DNA of 62,920 bases from Verrucomicrobiota bacterium (GCA_022704185.1 JAKJGV010000003.1:1-62920), one strand, 5' to 3'; shown: positions 25,753 to 34,247, counted from the first letter of the stretch. Numbers and translations: made by a program. Notes: generated by a model from the letters alone, not told the origin.

Positions 25753-27312
25753 ATGCTGGACCTGAAGATCACCGGCGGAAGGCTGTTCGACGGCACCGGG
25801 CGCGAGCCGGTCGCGGCCGATGTCGGCGTGCTGCGCGACCGCATTGAGGCCGTCGGCGACCTGTCCCTCGCCGAAGCGCGTGAATGCGTGGACGCCCGCG
25901 GCCTCTGCGTCTGCCCCGGCTTCATTGACGTTCACTCGCACTCCGATTCGTACATCCTCATCGAGCCGTCGGCGGCGAGCAAAATCTTCCAGGGCATCAC
26001 CACCGAAATCGTCGGAAATTGCGGCGCCTCCGCCGCGCCGCGCGTCGGCGAATACCGGATGCCCTCCGACTGGCGCGACAAGAAATATCCGGGCCCATGG
26101 AGCAGCGTCGCGGAATACCGGGCGCTCGTGGACAGCGTGAACCCGGCCGTCAATATCCGGCTCCTGATCGGACACAACTCTCTTCGCGCCGGCGTCATCG
26201 GCTACGACGCGCGCGAAGCGACCGCGGAGGAAATCGAAAAGATGTCCGCATTGCTTGCGGACTCGCTGGACCAGGGGGGCGCCGGCTTCAGCAGCGGGCT
26301 CATCTACGCGCCGGGCCTGTTCGCGACACGCGAGGAAGTGGTGGCCCTCGCGCGCGTGGCGGCGGGCCGGGGCAAGCTGTACACCTCGCACATGCGAAGC
26401 GAGGGGGCGCGCCTGCTGGAGGCGCTGGATGAAACGCTGGAAATCGGACGCCGCAGCGGCGCGCGCGTGGAGGTCTCCCACTTGAAAACCTCCGGCCGCA
26501 AAAACTGGCACCTGGTGGATTCGGCGCTGGACAAAATCCGCGCCGCGCAGCGCGAAGGGCTCGCGGTCGCGGCGGATCGCTACCCCTACATCGCCGCGTG
26601 CACGGACCTTGACGTGATCCTCCCCGACTGGGCCTCGGGCGGCGGCACGGATGAAACGTTGCGCAGGCTCCGGGATCCCGCGACCCGTTCGAAGATCCGT
26701 GACGAGTTGACCCGGCATCGCGACGCGCAGTACTGGGAAAGCGTAACCATCGGATCCACGCACAACCCCGCGAACGCAGCGTTCCAAGGAAATCCGCTCG
26801 TTCAAGTCGCGGCAAGCCTGGACATGGAACCCGTGGACGCCGCGCTTCACCTGATGGATACCGACGCGCTTCATACCGCCGCGATCTTCTTCGGCATGAG
26901 CGAGGAGAACATGTGGAAGATCCTCGCCGAACCGTATGTCATGATCGGTTCGGACGCGTCGCTGCGTGCGCCGCAAGGGCCGCTGAGCCACGACCATCCC
27001 CACCCGCGCGCGTACGGCACCTTCCCTCGCGTACTGCGCGCCGCGCTGGACGGAAAGACGGTCCCGCTTGCGGAAGCGATCCGTAAAATGACCTCTCTGC
27101 CCGCCGGGCAATTCGGGCTCGCGGATCGCGGGATCATCGAGCGGGGAAGAAAGGCGGACATCGTGGTCTTCGATCCTTCCGCGGTGCGCGACAAGGCCAC
27201 CTACGAGCAGCCCCACCAACTCGCGGAAGGGGTGCGGGCGCTGGTGGTCAACGGGGTACCGACCCTGCGCGACGGCCGCGAAACCGGTAAACGCGGCGGG
27301 AGATTCGTTTAG
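25753..27312 (+). CDS. D-aminoacylase / N-acyl-D-amino-acid deacylase family amidohydrolase
   Basis: MLDLKITGGRLFDGTGREPVAADVGVLRDRIEAVGDL...CPGFIDVHSHSD metal motif...GIRALVVNGVPTLRDG C-terminal strand. Confidence 0.88.
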   Translation: MLDLKITGGRLFDGTGREPVAADVGVLRDRIEAVGDLSLAEARECVDARGLCVCPGFIDVHSHSDSYILIEPSAASKIFQGITTEIVGNCGASAAPRVGEYRMPSDWRDKKYPGPWSSVAEYRALVDSVNPAVNIRLLIGHNSLRAGVIGYDAREATAEEIEKMSALLADSLDQGGAGFSSGLIYAPGLFATREEVVALARVAAGRGKLYTSHMRSEGARLLEALDETLEIGRRSGARVEVSHLKTSGRKNWHLVDSALDKIRAAQREGLAVAADRYPYIAACTDLDVILPDWASGGGTDETLRRLRDPATRSKIRDELTRHRDAQYWESVTIGSTHNPANAAFQGNPLVQVAASLDMEPVDAALHLMDTDALHTAAIFFGMSEENMWKILAEPYVMIGSDASLRAPQGPLSHDHPHPRAYGTFPRVLRAALDGKTVPLAEAIRKMTSLPAGQFGLADRGIIERGRKADIVVFDPSAVRDKATYEQPHQLAEGVRALVVNGVPTLRDGRETGKRGGRFV

Positions 27313-27315
27313 CCC

Positions 27316-27521
27316 GAACATTGCACGAGTAGTCGTGCAATGTTCGCCCTTCGGGCTTCGACGCGCCGCGTAAGAACGCGGCTTGCTCAGGATTAGCCTT
27401 TCGGCGCGTCGAAGGGCAACCTTGAGCAAGGCGCAAAGCGCCGCGCCGAAACTTCGGCGGCAGAAGCCGCTGCCGCCGAAGCGCTTATTGCATGAGGCGC
27501 TTTGCGCTCATGCAATAAGCG
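27316..27521. other. Dense cluster of strong hairpins, some interleaved (pseudoknot-compatible), filling the convergent spacer
   Basis: H1 27316-27345 (13-bp stem). H3 27356-27368 / 27402-27414 (13 bp). 27380-27391 pairs with 27420-27431. H6 27452-27481 (12 bp). H7 27482-27496 / 27507-27521 (15 bp), whose loop is complementary to 27432-27441. Confidence 0.6.
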
Positions 27522-27523
27522 GG

Positions 27524-27904
27524 TTAGCCCGGATAATCCGCTTTTCCCGGAATCACTCCGCGCACGCCGCCGCGCGGGCGGCGCACATCGCCCGTGCGCC
27601 GGGGAATCACGTGAATATGCGCGTGAGGAATCGTCTGGCCGGCCTGTCGCCCGTCGTTGATTCCGATATTATACGCCTGCACCGACGGGTCGTCGCGCTC
27701 CAACGCCTCGGCCACGGTCCGCGCAAGCCGCTGGGTGGCCGCCCATTCCTCGGGCGTCATCTCCCGGAAGGACGCCACGTGGCGGCGGGGAATAATCAAC
27801 GTGTGTCCCTCCGAAACGGGGTACAAATCGCGAATCGCCACGCAGGGACCATCCTCGGCCACAATCCGCTCCGGCGGCAGCGTGCAAAAAGGGCAGGAAT
27901 TCAT
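27524..27904 (-). CDS. HIT-family (histidine triad) protein
   Basis: 126 aa with N-terminal CPFC and the HIT motif HAHIHVIPRR. Confidence 0.92.
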   Translation of the reverse strand: MNSCPFCTLPPERIVAEDGPCVAIRDLYPVSEGHTLIIPRRHVASFREMTPEEWAATQRLARTVAEALERDDPSVQAYNIGINDGRQAGQTIPHAHIHVIPRRTGDVRRPRGGVRGVIPGKADYPG

Positions 27905-28099
27905 GGGTTCTCGTTCCAGGAAAGAAAAAAGACTCTGCAGCCCGGCCAGGCTCTTAAGAGGCTAATCTCTTCAGACTTTGACTCTTTCTCGGTGTATTTG
28001 ATCCCCAAGGCTGACCGGGCCGTAGAGTCACTAACTATACTACCCACACCTTCCTGTCCTGTTAAAGAAATCATGGAAGAATGTGACGCTTTTTTGGAC

Positions 28100-28627
28100 T
28101 CAATTCTCGGCCCCGAATCCGATCCGCTTCGGCTTGCCGACATCGGGCGCCATGAGCCTCCGGATCGCGTCCACCAGCGCGCGGATCTGGACATCGTGGC
28201 CTCTTGACCGGCGGTCCAGCTCCTCGATCTTCCGGGCGAGTTCCCGATGCGTGACCACGAGCTGTCGCAACCGGACAAACGCGCGAATGACAAAGACGCT
28301 GGTGTCAACGGCCCGCGGCGAGTTCAGGACGCTCGCCACCATCAACGCGCCGTGTTCCGTGAAGGCATAGGGTTTTGTCGGCGAGAACCGCAAGCCTCTC
28401 AGGTGGTCGCAATTTGCGACCACCTCCGACTTCTCCTCCGCGGTCAACTGGAACATGAAATCCGCCGGGAACCGATGGGCATTTCTCTTGACCTGCTCGT
28501 TCAGCCGCTTCGTCCGGACGCCGTACAGGTCGGCCAAATCCGAGTCCAGCATCACTTTCTGTCCCCGGATCAGAAGGATCATGCGCTCGATGCGCTCCAT
28601 GGGAATCACGGCCGAGTCACCCTTCAT
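28100..28627 (-). CDS. ORF6N domain-containing protein (KilA-N-related DNA-binding domain)
   Basis: IRGQKVMLDSDLADLYGVRTKRLNEQVKRNAHRFPADFMFQLTAEE is the ORF6N signature. C-terminal coiled-coil region. ATG 28627. Confidence 0.8.
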   Translation of the reverse strand: MKGDSAVIPMERIERMILLIRGQKVMLDSDLADLYGVRTKRLNEQVKRNAHRFPADFMFQLTAEEKSEVVANCDHLRGLRFSPTKPYAFTEHGALMVASVLNSPRAVDTSVFVIRAFVRLRQLVVTHRELARKIEELDRRSRGHDVQIRALVDAIRRLMAPDVGKPKRIGFGAEN

Positions 28628-29459
28628 CTTCGCCGCCTCCTTCTCCGTTCTTCGGTCCGGCAATCTGCCCGCCCGCCCACATCACCTGCCGCGCAATGCC
28701 GACCATGATCCGCACATCCTTCTCCGTGAGCTGGCCGCGGGAGAGGATGCGCCGCAGGCCGAGCATCATGTGATCCGCCTTGTCGCCCTTCATGAAGCCG
28801 ATACTCATCAGCGCTTCGCGCCACAGCTCGAACATCTTCTCGCGCATCGCGGACGACGCTTCCGGAGAGAACTCCGCGGGCGGCACAGCCGAGCCGGACG
28901 CCAGGAACAGCTCGTAGCAGCAAATCATCACGGCATGGGAAAGGTTGATCGAAAGATAGTCGGGCGACGACGGGATGCGGATGATCTGCGTGCAGAACGC
29001 GAGATCCTCGTTGGTCAGACCGCTGTCCTCCGGACCGAACAGGAGCGCCACGCGGCTTGCATGGGCCGCCTCCAGGAGTCGCGGAGCCCACTCGCGCGGC
29101 GTGCGGCAGTGGGAGCGATAGAGCCCTTCGCGCGCGCTGGTGCCGGCGACCAGTCCGCAATCCGCCACCGCCTCCGCGACGGTCGCAAACTCGCGGCGGC
29201 GGTCCAGGATCGTGCCCGCGTGACACGCCATCGTGCGCGCCTCCTCGATGTTCAGGGCCTGCTTGGGGGCCACAAGCGCGAGATCGCTGAGCCCCATGTT
29301 CATCATCGCGCGGCAGATCGAGCCGATGTTGCCGCTGTAGATCGGCCGCACAAGAACCACCCTGAAGTTTTCCAAGCCCATGACGGGCGCGACTATAGAC
29401 ATTCCGGGCGGAAAGCTCAACCGTTCGGCGTTCCGCGTTCGATGCTCAATGTTTTCCAT
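28617..29459 (-). CDS. trmJ: tRNA (cytidine/uridine-2'-O-)-methyltransferase TrmJ-like (SpoU/TrmH family)
   Basis: FRVVLVRPIYSGNIGSICRAMMNMGLSDLALV...LLFGPEDSGLTNEDL...IPSSPDYLSINLSHAVMICCYEL is collinear with E. coli TrmJ (from memory). Alternative start at ATG 29402. Confidence 0.85.
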   Translation of the reverse strand: MENIEHRTRNAERLSFPPGMSIVAPVMGLENFRVVLVRPIYSGNIGSICRAMMNMGLSDLALVAPKQALNIEEARTMACHAGTILDRRREFATVAEAVADCGLVAGTSAREGLYRSHCRTPREWAPRLLEAAHASRVALLFGPEDSGLTNEDLAFCTQIIRIPSSPDYLSINLSHAVMICCYELFLASGSAVPPAEFSPEASSAMREKMFELWREALMSIGFMKGDKADHMMLGLRRILSRGQLTEKDVRIMVGIARQVMWAGGQIAGPKNGEGGGEDEG

Positions 29460-29521
29460 TTCTCTTTACCCTCCCGGCGCAGCCCGTTATACGTAGTCGC
29501 CAATACGTGCGGAGGTGGGTC

Positions 29522-30001
29522 ATGGATGAACTGCTCAAGATATTGAATCGCAACGCGCTGGAAACGCCCGAGAACATTGCGAAAATGCTGAATGTGCCGG
29601 TGAGCGAGGTGAAGAACCGCATCGCCGAATACGAGCGGAGCGGCATCATCCGGGGATACCAGGCGATTCTCAACGAGGACCAGCTTGAGCTCGATCGCGT
29701 GACCGCGGTAATCGAGGTGAAGGTGACCCCCGAACGCGAAGGCGGCTTCAACCGCGTCTCCATGCGCATCAGCCGGTTCCCGGAAGTGCAGTCCGTGTAC
29801 CTGATGTCGGGCGCCTACGACCTGCTGCTTTTCGTGTCCGGCAAGGACCTCAAGGAGGTCGCGCTGTTCGTCAGCGAGAAGCTGGCGACCCTGGACGGCG
29901 TGCTGTCCACGTCCACCCATTTCATGTTGAAGACCTACAAGCAGCACGGGGTGCTGATGGAGAAGGAGACGGAAGATGAACGACTTCAAGTCTCCCCGTG
30001 A
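29522..30001 (+). CDS. Lrp/AsnC-family transcriptional regulator
   Basis: ATG 29522 after a GGAGGTG SD. HTH: LDELLKILNRNALETPENIAKMLNVPVSEVKNRIAEYERSGIIRGY. RAM domain: DLLLFVSGKDLKEV. Confidence 0.9.
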   Translation: MDELLKILNRNALETPENIAKMLNVPVSEVKNRIAEYERSGIIRGYQAILNEDQLELDRVTAVIEVKVTPEREGGFNRVSMRISRFPEVQSVYLMSGAYDLLLFVSGKDLKEVALFVSEKLATLDGVLSTSTHFMLKTYKQHGVLMEKETEDERLQVSP

Positions 30002-31166
30002 CTTCATCGCGGACCATGTGCGGGACATCCCGCGCTCGGGCATACGCGACTTTTTCGACATCGTCAGCACGCGCAAGGACGTGATCAGCCTGGGCATCGG
30101 CGAGCCGGATTTCGATACCCCGTGGCACGTGCGCGAGTCCACCGTCTTCGCGCTGGAACGCGGCGCGACCCATTACACCTCGAACATGGGCCTGCTCGAG
30201 CTCCGGCGCGCGCTTTCGAAATACGTCCGCAAGACCTTCAACGTGTCCTATGACGCCGAGAAGGAAATCCTGATCACCGTCGGCGTCAGCGAAGCGCTGG
30301 ATATCGCGCTGCGTGCGCTCCTCAACCCCGGCGACGAGGTGCTGTATCACGAGCCTTGCTACGTGTCCTATCGCGCCGACGTTATTTTCGCGCACGGCAT
30401 TCCTTTGACGGTGAACACCCGCATGGAGGACGGGTTCCGCCTGACCCGCGCCATGCTGGAAGAGAAAATCACGCCGCGGACCAAGCTCCTGCTGCTGAAT
30501 TTCCCGAACAACCCGACAGGCGCGATTCTCCCGGAAGCCGACGTGAGGGAAATCGCGGAGTTTGCGAAGAAGCACAACCTGATCGTCATCACGGACGAGA
30601 TCTACGCGGAGATGACGTACGACGGACGGCATGTCAGCATCGCCTCGATGCCCGGCATGAAGGAGCGGACCATTTTTCTGCACGGATTCTCCAAGGCGTG
30701 GGCCATGACCGGCTTCCGGCTGGGCTATGCCTGCGCGCCCGCGGAATTCACCGAAGCGATGATGAAGGTGCATCAGTACACGATGCTGTGCGCCCCCACC
30801 CCCAGTCAGAAGGCGGCGGTGGAAGCGTTGACCAACCCGGAACGGGACATCCGGTTGATGACGGCGGAATATGAGAAACGCCGCAACCTGCTCGTGTCCG
30901 CTTTCGAGGGCATGGGCATCCCCTGCTCACGCCCCGCGGGCGCCTTCTACGCGTTTCCCTGCATCCGGCAGTTCGGGATCGGATCGAAGGATTTCGCGCT
31001 GCGGCTGCTCGACGAGGAGAACGTGGCCGTGGTGCCCGGTTCGGCTTTCGGCGAATGCGGCGAGGGATTCGTACGCTGCGCGTACGCGACTTCCATGGAT
31101 AATCTGAAGGAAGCGTTGGCGCGGATCAGCCGCTTTGTCGGAAAGCTCAAAGCGAAGTCGAAATAG
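29976..31166 (+). CDS. Pyridoxal-phosphate-dependent aminotransferase, class I/II (aspartate/aromatic type)
   Basis: 396 aa. IPRSGIRDFFDIV N-terminus, NPTG motif (NFPNNPTGAIL), PLP-lysine motif (GFSKAWAMTGFRLGY). Overlaps the Lrp gene by 26 nt. Confidence 0.92.
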   Translation: MNDFKSPRDFIADHVRDIPRSGIRDFFDIVSTRKDVISLGIGEPDFDTPWHVRESTVFALERGATHYTSNMGLLELRRALSKYVRKTFNVSYDAEKEILITVGVSEALDIALRALLNPGDEVLYHEPCYVSYRADVIFAHGIPLTVNTRMEDGFRLTRAMLEEKITPRTKLLLLNFPNNPTGAILPEADVREIAEFAKKHNLIVITDEIYAEMTYDGRHVSIASMPGMKERTIFLHGFSKAWAMTGFRLGYACAPAEFTEAMMKVHQYTMLCAPTPSQKAAVEALTNPERDIRLMTAEYEKRRNLLVSAFEGMGIPCSRPAGAFYAFPCIRQFGIGSKDFALRLLDEENVAVVPGSAFGECGEGFVRCAYATSMDNLKEALARISRFVGKLKAKSK

Positions 31167-31264
31167 GAGAGGGGCTTGAAAAATCCCTTCTCCCTCTCCC
31201 CTTAGGAGAGGGCCTTGAAAACCCCCTTCTCCCTCTCCCCTCGGGAGAGGGCTGGGGTGAGGGG
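31166..31264. repeat. REP/MITE-like element cluster, CCCTCTCCC-loop-GGGAGAGGG family (2-3 tandem units)
   Basis: CCCTTCTCCCTCTCCCCTTAGGAGAGGGCCTTGAAAA followed by CCCCTTCTCCCTCTCCCCTCGGGAGAGGGCTGGGGTGAGGGG. It fills the aminotransferase / Zn-ribbon convergent spacer and begins at the TAG stop. Confidence 0.7.
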
Positions 31265-31273
31265 TCTTGCGAA

Positions 31274-31741
31274 CTAGCCTTCCACGCCGTTTTCCGCGGC
31301 CGCGTCCTGCAGGTGCGCGACGATGCGGTCCATCGCGTGCTGGATGGTTTCCAGCTCTTTGCCGATCTGCTTGAAGCGCGCGATGTTGGCGGTGCGCAAC
31401 TGCTCCAGGTAACGCCGTCGCTCGCGAACCTCTTCCAGGCTCTCCACGAGTCGCGCGATTTTTGTGTGCGACGCTTCCAGCGCCGCCGCCATGTCCTCCG
31501 GATCACCTGCGGCCGCGTGCGCGGCCGACGGAGCGCCTTCCGGCGTTCCTTCAGCCGATTCTTCGCCGGCTCGTTCCTCAAGGGGAAGACCGGGAACCTG
31601 AACCTGTTGACTGCAATCGGGACAGGCAATGATCAAGCCCGCGCCACGAGGGTCAATGGCCAGGCTCTTGCCGCAGTGCGGACAATCAAAAACGATATCC
31701 CCGTTGGAAACCTCCAAGGCGTCATGTGCCTGCTCGCTCAC
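31274..31741 (-). CDS. Hypothetical zinc-ribbon + coiled-coil protein
   Basis: GTG 31741 preceded by GGAGGTG. FDCPHCGKSLAIDPRGAGLIIACPDCSQQVQVP zinc ribbon, acidic linker, C-terminal heptad-like helix (LVESLEEVRERRRYLEQLRTANIARFKQIGKELETIQ). Confidence 0.6.
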   Translation of the reverse strand: MSEQAHDALEVSNGDIVFDCPHCGKSLAIDPRGAGLIIACPDCSQQVQVPGLPLEERAGEESAEGTPEGAPSAAHAAAGDPEDMAAALEASHTKIARLVESLEEVRERRRYLEQLRTANIARFKQIGKELETIQHAMDRIVAHLQDAAAENGVEG

Positions 31742-31835
31742 GGTTCACCTCCACTTGATTACCGCCAGCCCAGTATCCTGCCAAATCCGGGCGTAATCAT
31801 CAATCTTTTTGGCCGGCCCACCCGGCGCTTCACGC

Positions 31836-32867
31836 TCAGCAGATCCGCGGCAGGTTTTCCCCGGTTGGAACATCCACCACGCGCTCCCCGCCCAACGCCG
31901 TTTCGAGCAGGACGCGTCCGGGCGGCCCATCGCTCACCCTCCCGATGGTTACCGCCTCGCGGCCGAGCGGGTCCGATCGCAGCGCGGCCAGCGCGGCTGA
32001 CTCATCGGCTGCGGCACATATGACAATCGCCTTGCCCTCGTTCGCCACCTCCAGCGGATCAAAACCCAGCAGGCTGCACGCGCCGCGCACCGCGTCGCGC
32101 ATCGGGATCGCGGCTTCGCGGATGCGCACGCAAACTGACGCCGACCGGGCCACATCGTTCAGCGCGGCAGCCACCCCGCCCCGGGTCGGATCGCGCAGGC
32201 AACGCACACCGGGCACGGCTTCCAGCAGGCGGCCGATCATCCCGGCTAGCGGCGCCACATCGCTCTCGAGACGCGCCTGGAAGTTCAAGCCCTCCCGCGC
32301 GCTCATGACCGCCACGCCATGATCGCCGATCGGCCCGCTCACGATTACCGCATCGCCCGGCCGCGCATTCGAGACATGGGTGTCCACGCCCGGACGCCGG
32401 ATGCCGATTCCGCTGGTGTTGATCAGCATGCCGCCGCCGGACGATCGCTCCACGACCTTCGTGTCGCCCGTTGCCACGTGCACACCCGCTTCGCGCGCCG
32501 CATGCGCGACCGACTCCACGACCCGCCGCAGATCGGCCACGCGCAAGCCTTCCTCCAGGATCAATCCCAGGCTGAGATATCGCGGCACCGCCCCCTGCAT
32601 CGCCAGATCGTTCACCGTGCCGCACACCGCCAACCGCCCGATATCCCCGCCAGGGAAGAAAAGTGGTTTGACCACGTAGGAATCCGTCGTGAACGCCAGC
32701 TCGGCGGAAGGCAGATCAAGACATGCGGCATCGTCCAGCCTCGCGAGCACCGGGTTTTCCAGCGCGGGCAGAATGACTTCTTTCAGCAGCTCCGAGGTCT
32801 TCGTGCCGCCGCCGCCATGGGACAGCAGAATGATGTCGTTGGTCGTTCTCATGCTCTTCTCATTCAT
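31836..32867 (-). CDS. hypE: Hydrogenase expression/formation protein HypE
   Basis: LSHGGGG...AIR-synthase-like fold motifs and the diagnostic C-terminal ...ENLPRIC. Start at ATG 32867 (alternative 32852); the ORF opens further upstream inside hypD. Confidence 0.93.
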   Translation of the reverse strand: MNEKSMRTTNDIILLSHGGGGTKTSELLKEVILPALENPVLARLDDAACLDLPSAELAFTTDSYVVKPLFFPGGDIGRLAVCGTVNDLAMQGAVPRYLSLGLILEEGLRVADLRRVVESVAHAAREAGVHVATGDTKVVERSSGGGMLINTSGIGIRRPGVDTHVSNARPGDAVIVSGPIGDHGVAVMSAREGLNFQARLESDVAPLAGMIGRLLEAVPGVRCLRDPTRGGVAAALNDVARSASVCVRIREAAIPMRDAVRGACSLLGFDPLEVANEGKAIVICAAADESAALAALRSDPLGREAVTIGRVSDGPPGRVLLETALGGERVVDVPTGENLPRIC

Positions 32868-33918
32868 ACCGGTAATACGCCGCGCACGTTCCTTCACTCG
32901 AAACCATGCACGCGCCAACCGGGTGATCCGGCGTGCACGTTTTCCGGAAAAGCGGACATTCCCGAGGGGTTTTCGAACCGCGCAGCACATCGCCACACGC
33001 GCAGCCTTTCGGCTCCACCGGAACGGGAACCGCCACATCGTTGAAGCGGACCGCGGCATCATGCTCAGCGAAACGGGACCGGATGGCCAGCCCGCTGCGC
33101 GGAATCAGACCCAACCCGCGCCACGTCTCGTCGCTTTCCCTGAAGACCTCGTTCATGACATCCCGCGCCCGGGCATTGCCCTCGCGGCGAACCGTGCGCG
33201 TGTACTGGATCTCCACCTCCGCCCGGGATTCCGCGAGCTGGCGAAGCAGCATCGCGATCCCGGCGAGCATGTCGGCGCCCTCGAACCCCGTCACCACACA
33301 CGGGGTCCCGAAATCGCGGCAGATGAACTCATACGCCTGCGAACCGATGATCACGCTGACATGGCCCGGACAGATGAATCCGTCTATGCGCAGCTCGCCG
33401 CCGCGCAGCAACGCGGCCATCGCGTGCGGCATGGTCTTGTGCGCGCACAACACGCGGAAATTGGGCACCCGCTCGCGCGCTTCCCGCAAGGCCCACGCCG
33501 TGCCGGGCACGGTGGTTTCGAAACCCACGCCCAGGAAGATCACTTCTGCGCGCGGATTCTCACGCGCCATCTTCAGCGCATCGAGCGCGGAGTATACGAC
33601 CCGGACCTGCGCGCCCTCGGCGCGCGCACGCTCAAGCGAAGTTTCCGTGCCGGGCACGCGGATCATGTCGCCGAACGTCGCGACCATCGTTCCGGGACGC
33701 CGGGCGAGCGCAATGGCCCTGTCGAGGTACGCGTTGGAGGTTACGCAAACCGGACAGCCGGGGCCCGAGAGCAGCGTCACCGACGGAGGCAACAGGGAGC
33801 GCAACCCGGAACGAAAGGCGGACATCGTGTGCGTCCCGCAGACTTCCATGAGGCGAACCGGCCGGCCGATGCGCGCGGTCAGACTGCGTATTTCGTCAAG
33901 TTGCTGCTTTGTGGTCAC
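32860..33918 (-). CDS. hypD: Hydrogenase formation protein HypD (short N-terminus)
   Basis: MEVCGTHT, GPGCPVCV, FETT and CPGHVS motifs. The GTG start 33918 overlaps the hypC stop (GTGA). An in-frame TGA five codons upstream prevents a longer N-terminus. Confidence 0.92.
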   Translation of the reverse strand: MTTKQQLDEIRSLTARIGRPVRLMEVCGTHTMSAFRSGLRSLLPPSVTLLSGPGCPVCVTSNAYLDRAIALARRPGTMVATFGDMIRVPGTETSLERARAEGAQVRVVYSALDALKMARENPRAEVIFLGVGFETTVPGTAWALREARERVPNFRVLCAHKTMPHAMAALLRGGELRIDGFICPGHVSVIIGSQAYEFICRDFGTPCVVTGFEGADMLAGIAMLLRQLAESRAEVEIQYTRTVRREGNARARDVMNEVFRESDETWRGLGLIPRSGLAIRSRFAEHDAAVRFNDVAVPVPVEPKGCACGDVLRGSKTPRECPLFRKTCTPDHPVGACMVSSEGTCAAYYRYE

Positions 33919-34247
33919 ACCTTCGGCCCCCCCTCACCCCTACCCTCTCCCGGAGGGAGAGGGGGCGGGGAAAAAGCCGGACGCAGCAATTCTCGTCTCC
34001 CTTTGGGAGAGGATTGAGGTGAGGGTGCTTCGTCCAGAAGAAGAGCTTCGCGGACGATTTCGTTATGCTCCCGGACATCTTCTTCCGACCATTTCTCGAT
34101 GGCAAAGCCCGCGTGCAGAAGGACATAATCGCCCACAGCGGGCGATTCGATGAAGGAGACATTCGCTTCGCGGCGCACGCCACCGATCTCGACGACCGCT
34201 CGATCGCCGGTCAGCTCAACGATCCTGGTTGGAACCGCCAGGCACAT
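33915..34247 (-). CDS. hypC: Hydrogenase assembly chaperone HypC with a 37-aa repeat-element-encoded C-terminal tail
   Basis: MCLAVPTRIVEL... (canonical MC(L/I)xxP N-terminus). ATG 34247 overlaps the hypF stop (TGATG). Residues from about 74 onward (APSPQSSPKGRR...PPGEGRGEGGPKV) are read from the palindromic element at 33932-34027. Confidence 0.85.
   Translation of the reverse strand: MCLAVPTRIVELTGDRAVVEIGGVRREANVSFIESPAVGDYVLLHAGFAIEKWSEEDVREHNEIVREALLLDEAPSPQSSPKGRRELLRPAFSPPPLPPGEGRGEGGPKV
33932..34027. repeat. REP/MITE-like element (two inverted units) inside the hypC 3' end / hypD 5' junction
   Basis: CCTCACCCCTACCCTCTCCCGGAGGGAGAGGGGG (33932-33965) and the inverted unit TCTCCCTTTGGGAGAGGATTGAGGTGAGGGTG (33996-34027). 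Confidence 0.7.
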
